From a virus (taxonomy: Duplodnaviria > Caudoviricetes), in the IMG/VR virus record IMGVR_UViG_3300031519_007166, positions 1-37,986 of that record: 37,986 bases of DNA, one strand, 5' to 3'. The translations under genes and the position numbers were made by a program. Positions within the stretch are counted from its first letter, which is position 1. Every line of letters begins with the position of its first letter. The notes under the pieces were generated by a model. That model did not search any database, was not told where the DNA came from, and saw only the letters and a list, made by a program, of their open reading frames with translations. Shown in pieces: positions 30,215 to 37,986 of the stretch.

Positions 30215-32092
30215 TCATACTCCTTCTTTTAACATAGTAGATATATTCATAATTTTATCTAAAACAGCTACACCGAGGATGTCAAATTTTATAACTCCAA
30301 TATTTTCTAAATCTTGCATTTCCATCCCAGCAATTAAATTTTTATTTTTTGTATCGTAAACCATTGGACATATATCAGTAAGTTTTTCTGGAGCAATAAC
30401 TACACCAGCAGCATGTTTAGATTGGTTGGTTTTAGTACCTTCTAATCTAATAGCCTGCTCAAACCTTTTTGCCAAGGGTCCTTCTAGTTCTCCATCTTTA
30501 TTATAATGACACCATTCTTTAAGTTCTTTATTTCTGTTTTCTAAAGTCCATTTAATGATAGATGCTTCTCCCTGCTCTTTTTTCATTTCTTGTAATTCAT
30601 CAGAAATTTTAGCTTCATCAGGAATGTTTTTAGTAATTTTATTCATGTCTTCAAAAGAAAGATTTCCATATGCTCTAAGAACATCTTTTAAGGCACCTCT
30701 ACCTTTCATAGTATTGAAAGTAAGCATTTGAGATACTTTTTCTTGGCCATAGGTTGTCTTAATGTATTCTATAATATTTTCTCTTTTATCAATTGGGACA
30801 TCCAAATCAATATCAGGCATAGAGACTCTATCTTTTGTGTTTCTGCCAGCATTGTAAAACCTATCAAATAACAAATCATATTTCATAGGATCAATAGATG
30901 TTATCCCTAAGAGATATGATACCAAACATCCTGCTGCGCTACCTCTTCCTGGTCCCGGTAACCATTTTGATTCTTTAATATAATTAACTATATCTTGTAC
31001 TATTAAAAAATAACTAGATAGATTGGCGTTATGTAAAACATCAAATTCATATTTTAAACGAGCAACATACTTATCTTGTTCTTTTTTATCTAAAGAGTTT
31101 AATTCATGCTTTCTCCAGCCATCTCTACATAATTGTCTTAGATAATCTGAATCTGTTTTGTATTCTGAAGGATGGTTGAAAGGAGGCAATATAGGTTGAC
31201 TTAATATATTATACTCTTCACATAAAGAATCTACATAAATTGTATTTTCTATTTCTTCTGCAGTATGCAAGGTTTGCATTTCTTCTGGTGAAGGGATATA
31301 GTATTTATCACTATTAAAAAAACAAGACAATGGAATAGGTAGATCGTTTTGTAATTTGTGATTAATTTCAGACAGTGTTGTTCTCATGTTATTACATAGT
31401 AAAATTCTTTGATCTACAGCATCGCTTTGCTTGGCGTAATGAGCATCAGGAGTAGAGATAACCTTAGTTGTTGTAGACTGACCAAGTGATCTAATACAAT
31501 TTGTTAGTTCTACTTGGATAGGGTTAACATGCTTATCTATTAGTTGAGCTTCTAAAAATACATTACCTTTACCGAAGACATCTGCTAGTTTGTCTATATG
31601 ATTAGAACCTAAACGTTTCCAATCATCTAACATTTGATTATCTGATGTAATATTATTAGCTAAAGTAGAACCTAAGTGTCCTGTTATTGCTATTATGTTT
31701 CCATCTAATAAATCTCCTAATGTCTCTAAATCAAGTCTGGGCTTACGATAAAACCTATCTGGATGATTAGATTCTGAAACAACCTTAATTAGTGTTTTCC
31801 AGCCCTTAAGATTTTTTGCTAATATAACTAAATGATCTAACTTAGAATTATCTTTATTTTTTTCTTTAGAACAACCACGAGAAATATATAATTCACAACC
31901 TAAAATTGGTTTAATATTATTTTGTTTAAGTTCTGTATAAAACTGAACAGTACCGGAGATAGAACCATGATCTGTAATTGCGCAAGAAGGAACTCCTATG
32001 CTATTACATCTTTTTGCTATATCAGATGGTTTACTTAGTCCGTCCAACAAGGAATAGTGCGTATGCACATGCAAGGGTATATAGGGTTTCAT
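30215..32092 (-). CDS. dnaE: DNA polymerase III alpha subunit, N-terminal part (PHP + palm/thumb)
   Basis: HVHTHYSLLDG, ITDHG, PILGCE, PDAHY, GPGRGSAAG, LLFDRF, MPDIDLD, KHAAGVVI, IKFDILG. Confidence 0.95.
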   Translation of the reverse strand: MKPYIPLHVHTHYSLLDGLSKPSDIAKRCNSIGVPSCAITDHGSISGTVQFYTELKQNNIKPILGCELYISRGCSKEKNKDNSKLDHLVILAKNLKGWKTLIKVVSESNHPDRFYRKPRLDLETLGDLLDGNIIAITGHLGSTLANNITSDNQMLDDWKRLGSNHIDKLADVFGKGNVFLEAQLIDKHVNPIQVELTNCIRSLGQSTTTKVISTPDAHYAKQSDAVDQRILLCNNMRTTLSEINHKLQNDLPIPLSCFFNSDKYYIPSPEEMQTLHTAEEIENTIYVDSLCEEYNILSQPILPPFNHPSEYKTDSDYLRQLCRDGWRKHELNSLDKKEQDKYVARLKYEFDVLHNANLSSYFLIVQDIVNYIKESKWLPGPGRGSAAGCLVSYLLGITSIDPMKYDLLFDRFYNAGRNTKDRVSMPDIDLDVPIDKRENIIEYIKTTYGQEKVSQMLTFNTMKGRGALKDVLRAYGNLSFEDMNKITKNIPDEAKISDELQEMKKEQGEASIIKWTLENRNKELKEWCHYNKDGELEGPLAKRFEQAIRLEGTKTNQSKHAAGVVIAPEKLTDICPMVYDTKNKNLIAGMEMQDLENIGVIKFDILGVAVLDKIMNISTMLKEGV

Positions 32093-33132
32093 TATGTGCT
32101 TCCGGGGGCTTGATAGTATCCTACATTGTAGCCGGGAACTGTGTACTCGTCAACAGTATTTTGAAAACCTTTTACCTGTATGTCATGCGCTACTTGTTGG
32201 CACTTAGTCATATATGTACCTTTATTGCACACTTGACCATCTCTATATTCTAATATTGGTAAAATATCAGAGTTCTCAAATGTTGTTTTGCCATAGTGGC
32301 ATAATTTTGTACATTTCCAAGTCTTGCTTAATTTAGGCTTCTTGCATTTCTTTATATGTTCAAATTTCTTTCTTAGTAATCCTTCTGTAGCATAAATATC
32401 TTTTTTGTCGAATGTCATACTAAAAGGGCCGCCATCATTAATAAAAAATATAGTTACAATGCAATGTTCTATTTCAGGATATAGTTTTTGAGCAGCATAA
32501 AAGTACAACATAAGCTGTGGGTCTTTTTCTAATTTTTCTTGAGTTTTTTCTTCACCTGTTGCCCAGTTCAATCTTTTGCCTGTTTTCCAATCTACAATTT
32601 CTAAAGTTTTTTCATTAGGCTTAGTAATAAGGTCAATAGTTCCTTTGACTGCTAGGTTTCCTTCTAACTTGCCGTCTTTAGTATCATATGTATATTTAGC
32701 CCAGGGTTTATTTATGAGCATATCAAATTGCTGTTCAGGATATAATATGTTTCTATTTCTTGGATCAAACATACCGTTGTTCCAATTAATCGCCTTATAA
32801 GTCCATTTAGAACAATCTTTAAAATCAGTAGGTGTCCATTTATGATGACTGAAAGCAGAAGTATAGTATGTATATACTCCTTCTATAATTTTATCTAAAT
32901 CGTAGTCTTGTACGTCTACCTCTCCTACTACATCATCTATAAAGCTTCTGTTGCCTTGTTGAACATGATATTTAATAAATGCTAAGATCTCTAGAGCTTT
33001 ATGTACTATAGTTCCTTTATCTGCTTTTTTATTTGAAGGAGATCTATATCCTAATACATAATCGAATAAATATTGTTGCTCACACATATTGTGTGTGTTA
33101 TAGGATGAACTCCTAAAATATGTAATTATAAT
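32092..33132 (-). CDS. Cas4/AddB-like PD-(D/E)XK exonuclease, probably Fe-S binding
   Basis: GTIVH, GTIDL, IVDWKTG, QLMLY; one N-terminal Cys plus C-terminal cysteines. The frame extends upstream of ATG 33087 through the family's SSS..C motif, suggesting an ATT start at 33132. Confidence 0.85.
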   Translation of the reverse strand: MIITYFRSSSYNTHNMCEQQYLFDYVLGYRSPSNKKADKGTIVHKALEILAFIKYHVQQGNRSFIDDVVGEVDVQDYDLDKIIEGVYTYYTSAFSHHKWTPTDFKDCSKWTYKAINWNNGMFDPRNRNILYPEQQFDMLINKPWAKYTYDTKDGKLEGNLAVKGTIDLITKPNEKTLEIVDWKTGKRLNWATGEEKTQEKLEKDPQLMLYFYAAQKLYPEIEHCIVTIFFINDGGPFSMTFDKKDIYATEGLLRKKFEHIKKCKKPKLSKTWKCTKLCHYGKTTFENSDILPILEYRDGQVCNKGTYMTKCQQVAHDIQVKGFQNTVDEYTVPGYNVGYYQAPGST

Positions 33133-33716
33133 GGTAATACCCTTTTGGAGACAAGAAAATTATAAATTATTTCATTCTGTTCTCCAATACTCATATGGGT
33201 GTTATCAATAATATAATCAAAATTATTAGAATCATAATTAATTACATCCAATGCAGTTTCGCTTGCATGGTCTGAATTAAAAGGACTTCTAGTTAGTTTA
33301 ATAACCAAACCATTAACATTCCTAATGGCTTCTACTTCGTTAGGAAAACGACAATCAGCAACCAATGCTAGATGAGGTTTTTCTTTTTGTATTTTACTGA
33401 CAGTAGCACCTGCCCATACATTATGTTGAATTTTTCTAAAGACATCAGTTCCAACATATTGCATAACTTCTCTAGCTGTCATTTGTTTTTTGGTATCTGG
33501 CCAATAACAATTTACTAATTCGTTCTTAGAATTATCATCACCATAACACTGATGATATGTTAGCCCAAATATATTCATACACACATCTCTTTTTAAAGGG
33601 TCTGCAAAGTTATATTGTTTAGCTATTCCTAAACCTCTGCTTTCATAAAGATTTTTTACAAAATCTGATGAAGTAGTTTTTCCAGACTGTTTTCTTCCAG
33701 CAAATGCAACAATCAT
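33126..33716 (-). CDS. Deoxynucleoside monophosphate kinase (T4 gp1-like)
   Basis: AGRKQSGKTT P-loop, FADPLK, REVMQYVGTD, DCRFPNE, HASE. Confidence 0.9.
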   Translation of the reverse strand: MIVAFAGRKQSGKTTSSDFVKNLYESRGLGIAKQYNFADPLKRDVCMNIFGLTYHQCYGDDNSKNELVNCYWPDTKKQMTAREVMQYVGTDVFRKIQHNVWAGATVSKIQKEKPHLALVADCRFPNEVEAIRNVNGLVIKLTRSPFNSDHASETALDVINYDSNNFDYIIDNTHMSIGEQNEIIYNFLVSKRVLPL

Positions 33717-34867
33717 ACTCTTTCCTTTATAAAGTTTGTTATCTCATTTGTAATTTCTTCGCTTGTCATTTCTCCAATATCTGGCTTTGAAATCTGAGGG
33801 GAAAATAACCTGTAGGTATTTTCACACTTTTCTTTGATTTCTTTTGCTGCTCTTTGACCAGCCTCATCATTGTCTGTTAGTATAAAAAGTGTCATAGCTC
33901 CAGATGAATCAAGAATAAGCTTTTGTCTATCGCTTAAATTACAACCAAAAATTGCAACACTATTATGAATGCCGTTTTCTTCTAATTTCCATACGTTACC
34001 AGGACTTTCCACTATAACTGCATAATTAGTTTTATATATGTGATCTTTAGCATGCCAAAAATTGTATAAATGATTTTGAGACTTAAAACCGTAACTGTGT
34101 TTCCATTTAGAATGCTGCCATCTCTTGTCCTTGTCAGGACAATCTTTATCATGTCTATGATATGCTTCACATTTATCACATTTATCAAAGATACTTCTAC
34201 CAGTACATCCAACCAAGAATTCACCAGAATTGTCATATATTGGCACAACAACTCTGTTACTCATGGGTTTATGTGGATTGATACATAGTCCCACATCGTA
34301 TTTTACTAAGATGTCTGAAGAAAAATTTCTATCTAAATAATATTGTGCCGGTATGCTTATGTTTTGTATTACTGATTCTCTGGTAATTTTAGGGGTTTCT
34401 TCTGGTTTAGTAATCATCTTATCTACAATTCTAGAAAAATTACTTTTGTCTTGTTTCAAATCGCTAAAAACAGAGTCATTTAAATTGTAATCACTTAATA
34501 AAGATTTAGCAAATTCCATAGCTTCTGCAAATGAACACATTTTATCCCCATCTTGCTGCCAGTCATATTCCCTAGCAGAAAGAACACCTCTGATAAACCC
34601 TAATATGGAACCTTTAAAAATCTTTTCACATTGATGTGTCCTGCATTTCCAATTACCCCTATAGGTATCTCCTTCATAATACAAATTTAATGCTGAATCA
34701 TTATCTCCACCATGTATAGGACAAGCCATTGTTATCATTTTGCCATTATCTATATATTCGTGTAAATCAAGTGCAGATAATACCTTTTCGATATTATCAC
34801 ATAAAGCATCACAAATATTTTTTAATTCGTTTTGATTATACGAACGGTATTTCGTTTGTTTCGTCAC
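33713..34867 (-). CDS. dnaG: DnaG-type DNA primase (CHC2 zinc finger + TOPRIM)
   Basis: CPIH...WKCRTHQC, NRVVVPI, GCTGRS, LYN, IVES, TDNDEAG, PDIG; adjacent to dnaB. Confidence 0.88.
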   Translation of the reverse strand: MTKQTKYRSYNQNELKNICDALCDNIEKVLSALDLHEYIDNGKMITMACPIHGGDNDSALNLYYEGDTYRGNWKCRTHQCEKIFKGSILGFIRGVLSAREYDWQQDGDKMCSFAEAMEFAKSLLSDYNLNDSVFSDLKQDKSNFSRIVDKMITKPEETPKITRESVIQNISIPAQYYLDRNFSSDILVKYDVGLCINPHKPMSNRVVVPIYDNSGEFLVGCTGRSIFDKCDKCEAYHRHDKDCPDKDKRWQHSKWKHSYGFKSQNHLYNFWHAKDHIYKTNYAVIVESPGNVWKLEENGIHNSVAIFGCNLSDRQKLILDSSGAMTLFILTDNDEAGQRAAKEIKEKCENTYRLFSPQISKPDIGEMTSEEITNEITNFIKERV

Positions 34868-36284
34868 TTACCACAAACCCTTCATTTTCATCGGAATTAT
34901 TATTCATTAGTTCTAATTTAGTTTTACCTTCACTGATTTTTGCACACCAACCCTTCATATCACAATTAATGTAATCGTTATCATCTAAACCTCCACCGTG
35001 TCTACTAATGATAGGTATCAATTTTCTATTACCTGATGATGCTCCATCTTCCGATATCTCTTCATCAGACTTTCTTTTAAATATAGTAAAATTGCTACAC
35101 AACCAAATGATTCTATCTGAACCGCTAGCTGTATCTGTACTTTCTTTTGTAATGCCGTCCCTGTTTAATTGTATAAATCCAACTATAGGAATCTTATATT
35201 TACTTGCAAAATTATGTAGACTAGTCATCATAAAGCCAAGAAGCTGATATTCTTTCATATCTGATGACAAGCCTTGAGTATCCATTAATTTTAAGTAGTC
35301 ATAAAAAACTACACAATCTTTAGCTGTTCCGTCATCATTTAATCCGACCTCTTTGACGATCCATCTTTTCATAATGGATAATTGTTCATCAAACCCCTTT
35401 CCTGCAATAGACTTATGATAAAAATTCATGTCTTTTAAAGCCTCAGCAGCTTTTTTGACTTTGTTGCATGAAGACTGGGAATTGGCAAATGCTCCAGTTT
35501 CTATTTTTGATATTTCTATTTCTGTCATCATGGCTATAAGACGATTGATATGATCCTGTTTCGTCATCTCTGTGTCCATATTTAAAACAGGAATACCAGT
35601 TTTAGCTATATTTAAACCCATGTTATCTGATAGTAGTGTTTTCCCTGTTTTGGGTCTAGCTGCAATAACATTAATTGTACTTTTCCTTAAACCTCCACCG
35701 ATAGATTGATCATATACAGGGAATCCTGTGGGGATACCAACTTGATCTACAGGGTTGTCTTGCAAATCTTGTAAATATTCTTCAAGTCCTTTATGTATTT
35801 GTTCTGGGGCAGAGTCGTCATTACTAATTAGGTTAGTAAAATCAAATATTGGATCCTCTGCTAGAGCAATAATTTCTGATATACTTTCTGAACCATTAAT
35901 ATTTAGAATATTCTTACTGGCATCTTTAAGTTGTTGTTGTAAAAGTCTTGCTATTTTTAGTTTACAAATTTTAGTTGTAAATTTTTTAACATTATCTTCA
36001 TGTATCGGAAAGTTAATTACTGCTTGTAAATGCTGGAGTTCCTCTTTTTTAGAAAAGAAATCTGAATACCCTAATTCTTTAGCTTGAGATAAAATAGAAG
36101 CAATATCAATTGATACTGTTCCTTCTTCACATAGCTTTCTCAAACATTCAAAAATTAATTTATTACTATCTACAGTAAAACATTCTAAATCTAAAAGATC
36201 AGATATTTCAAGATATACACTATCTGCATATTGACAGATACCAGCCAATACAGCTCTTTCTGCAGAAGTATCATTCAAAGCCAT
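34836..36284 (-). CDS. dnaB: Replicative DNA helicase
   Basis: AERAVLA, GIPTGF, Walker A AARPKTGKT, DTEM, YDYLKLM, QLNR. Confidence 0.93.
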   Translation of the reverse strand: MALNDTSAERAVLAGICQYADSVYLEISDLLDLECFTVDSNKLIFECLRKLCEEGTVSIDIASILSQAKELGYSDFFSKKEELQHLQAVINFPIHEDNVKKFTTKICKLKIARLLQQQLKDASKNILNINGSESISEIIALAEDPIFDFTNLISNDDSAPEQIHKGLEEYLQDLQDNPVDQVGIPTGFPVYDQSIGGGLRKSTINVIAARPKTGKTLLSDNMGLNIAKTGIPVLNMDTEMTKQDHINRLIAMMTEIEISKIETGAFANSQSSCNKVKKAAEALKDMNFYHKSIAGKGFDEQLSIMKRWIVKEVGLNDDGTAKDCVVFYDYLKLMDTQGLSSDMKEYQLLGFMMTSLHNFASKYKIPIVGFIQLNRDGITKESTDTASGSDRIIWLCSNFTIFKRKSDEEISEDGASSGNRKLIPIISRHGGGLDDNDYINCDMKGWCAKISEGKTKLELMNNNSDENEGFVVSDETNEIPFV

Positions 36285-36287
36285 TCT

Positions 36288-36689
36288 CTAACCCCCAGAA
36301 CTTGCACACACATTGCATTTATATCTTGTTTTTTCTGAAACCAAAACAGGATTTACCTGTTCACTCTTACCACACATTCTACATGTCACTGATATAGTAT
36401 TAAAACTTCTAGTTCGTGGACAAGGGTCGCTTACTTGTAACTTCTTGTCTATTAGAGTATCATCTTTAAACATATGCATTTCTGGCATACTTAGAAATTT
36501 ATTAGTGGATTCTTTATCATCTACTTTAGCTGTAGAAGTTTTTCTTCTTGTTATCTTTTTATTAGTTGTTTTCTTTGCTACCTTTTTCTTTTTTGTAGCA
36601 GGCTTAGGATTTTCTTGAGTGTCTTCTTCGTCAACCAAAGATCTAAGTAAATTTACAATTTGCTCTATAGTTTCTTTTTTATTGCTCAT
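36288..36689 (-). CDS. Hypothetical protein (133 aa), Lys-rich linker and C-terminal zinc ribbon
   Basis: CRMC...CNVC; overlaps the upstream gene. Confidence 0.7.
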   Translation of the reverse strand: MSNKKETIEQIVNLLRSLVDEEDTQENPKPATKKKKVAKKTTNKKITRRKTSTAKVDDKESTNKFLSMPEMHMFKDDTLIDKKLQVSDPCPRTRSFNTISVTCRMCGKSEQVNPVLVSEKTRYKCNVCASSGG

Positions 36690-37161
36690 GTTTTAATTTA
36701 CTCCTCTGTATATTCAGAAGGATGTCTGAAAGGTTTTTTATTCCATTAGATATATATTGTAATCTGTCTGCTCTCATCTGTGCATACTTCTTTATATTAT
36801 TCAAAGCACTGGCATTGTCATTATGTTTAATTGCTTGTGAAGATTTTTCTACATAACCGTACCCTTTATATGAGTTTAATTCATCAGCAATAGCTTGTTT
36901 AACGTTCTCTTCTGCCCAATTCACTCTAGCTAGTTCTCTATTTAAACTTCTTTGTATATGAAAACTAAACTGTCCTAGTCTATAAGCTATTTCTCCACAG
37001 TCTTGTGGAGTCATACTTTCTAGTACTTTTCTATCCATAGAAAAATAGTGTTCTAATTCTTCATTAGAGAATTGGTGTCCTTGATATGTTGGAAGACCTA
37101 TTCCTTTTTCATACTCATCAAGTACATCATCCCATTCTTTTACTTTATCTTTAGTATTCAT
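36679..37161 (-). CDS. Helical hypothetical protein (160 aa), possibly UvsY-like recombination mediator
   Basis: Looks all-helical/coiled-coil and sits near recA; function is a guess. Confidence 0.5.
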   Translation of the reverse strand: MNTKDKVKEWDDVLDEYEKGIGLPTYQGHQFSNEELEHYFSMDRKVLESMTPQDCGEIAYRLGQFSFHIQRSLNRELARVNWAEENVKQAIADELNSYKGYGYVEKSSQAIKHNDNASALNNIKKYAQMRADRLQYISNGIKNLSDILLNIQRSKLKHEQ

Positions 37162-37558
37162 TTATTCTGTTTGTCCACTCGTCTAAATTTTCATTAAAAG
37201 GTAATTCGATATATGTAATATTGTTTTGCTCACACCATTCTTTTTTTTCGTTATCTCTTTTTTTTGCTTTCAAAAAATTTAATTTAGTTGTGTGATAAAA
37301 AGGAATAAATTTGTAGTGTTGCTCTCCATGTACCTCGATGCACATTTTAACTAAAGGCATATAAAAATCTAAATACAAAGTTTCTTTCGTCCTAACTGGT
37401 ATAGACACTTCTTCTAAAATTTGAAATGTAGGAAAAAGATCGTGTAATAACTGCCTAGCAGTAATATGATATTTAGATTTATTGGTTGCTGTAGCTTTAG
37501 AAATATATCCTTTTAAGCTCCATTTTTTACTGTTGTTATCTAAGTCTACAATGTCCAT
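37151..37558 (-). CDS. Vsr/DUF559-like PD-(D/E)XK endonuclease (135 aa)
   Basis: LDFY...IEVHGEQHY...KRDNEKKEWC...IELPF. Confidence 0.8.
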   Translation of the reverse strand: MDIVDLDNNSKKWSLKGYISKATATNKSKYHITARQLLHDLFPTFQILEEVSIPVRTKETLYLDFYMPLVKMCIEVHGEQHYKFIPFYHTTKLNFLKAKKRDNEKKEWCEQNNITYIELPFNENLDEWTNRINEY

Positions 37559-37986
37559 TATAATCCCAGTGCTGTATTGACTTCGTTTACTATAGATGTA
37601 TATACTTCAGGATTATTAATTATAAAATCTCTGGCCTTTTCAGATCCTTGGAATTTTGGACTGTCCTCAACACTACTAAAAGTATACCAAGCTCCCCCTT
37701 TACTAATAACACCAATATCTACAGCAAGATTAAACAGTTCCATGTATTTATCAATACCTTCCCCATATCTAATATAGCTAGTTGTTGTTGCTCCCGGTGG
37801 GCCTAAAGCAGAACATATTACCTGCCATTCAACTTCTTGTCCAATTTGATTATTTTCTTTACCTAGTAACCAAGGACTAAATCTTTTTGCTCTTAACTTA
37901 ATATCTGTTTGATAGGCAATAGCTTGACCAGACTTTTCTTTAAATTCTGCTCCATATCCTGTAGGATTACCCATAAGATGAGTAAT
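37558..37986 (-). CDS. recA: RecA/UvsX-like recombinase, C-terminal part (5' partial)
   Basis: Frame is open to the window end (ITHLMGNP...). IGQEV, IRYGEGID, ELFNLAVDIGVISKGGAWY, FQGSEKA match the RecA C-terminus. Confidence 0.88.
   Translation of the reverse strand: MTHLMGNPTGYGAEFKEKSGQAIAYQTDIKLRAKRFSPWLLGKENNQIGQEVEWQVICSALGPPGATTTSYIRYGEGIDKYMELFNLAVDIGVISKGGAWYTFSSVEDSPKFQGSEKARDFIINNPEVYTSIVNEVNTALGL

Noticed and set aside
29357-30218. Intron, intein or programmed frameshift joining the dnaE halves
   Set aside because: The gap is fully occupied by two ORFs, leaving no room for an intron core. There are no intein termini and no canonical slippery heptamer. A TAG lies shortly upstream of the C-part ATG in its frame.
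27756-32092. dnaE pseudogene
   Set aside because: Both halves are uninterrupted, retain catalytic motifs and together cover the enzyme colinearly.
32092-33132. CRISPR-Cas locus
   Set aside because: A solo Cas4-like nuclease in a replication operon; no repeat-spacer array or other cas genes seen.
846-37777. Short 60-123-aa ORFs nested in or antisense to long genes
   Set aside because: Shadow ORFs with no recognisable motifs, fully overlapping better-supported CDSs.
1-37986. Alternative genetic code (stop-codon reassignment)
   Set aside because: Genes tile almost without gaps under the standard bacterial code, and TAA, TAG and TGA all act as stops at sensible gene ends.
1-37986. Host assignment or prophage status
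   Set aside because: No host genes, integrase or att sites are visible, so neither can be determined from this window.

Overview
AT-rich, densely coding fragment of a large tailed dsDNA phage genome with two convergent modules. The + strand (1-19994) is a tail/baseplate module: the 3' end of a probable tape-measure gene, a 941-aa tail-fibre-like protein, two paralogous ~477-aa proteins, a 3127-aa cadherin/SprB-repeat giant protein with a large internal duplication, and a 1391-aa baseplate-hub-like protein. The - strand (20006-37986) is a tightly overlapping replication/recombination operon. In order it encodes RecA (partial), a Vsr-like nuclease, DnaB, DnaG, a dNMP kinase, a Cas4-like nuclease, a DnaE polymerase split into two intein-free genes with a small ORF and a DEDDh exonuclease between them, and SSB. 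These are followed by a six-gene glycosylation-like cluster (one intact GT4 plus apparently degenerate GT, methyltransferase and nucleotidyltransferase folds), a NUMOD3/EDxHD-type endonuclease and a Rad52-like annealing protein. No tRNA, rRNA, CRISPR or integrase was seen. All assignments come from motif recognition by eye; no searches were run.
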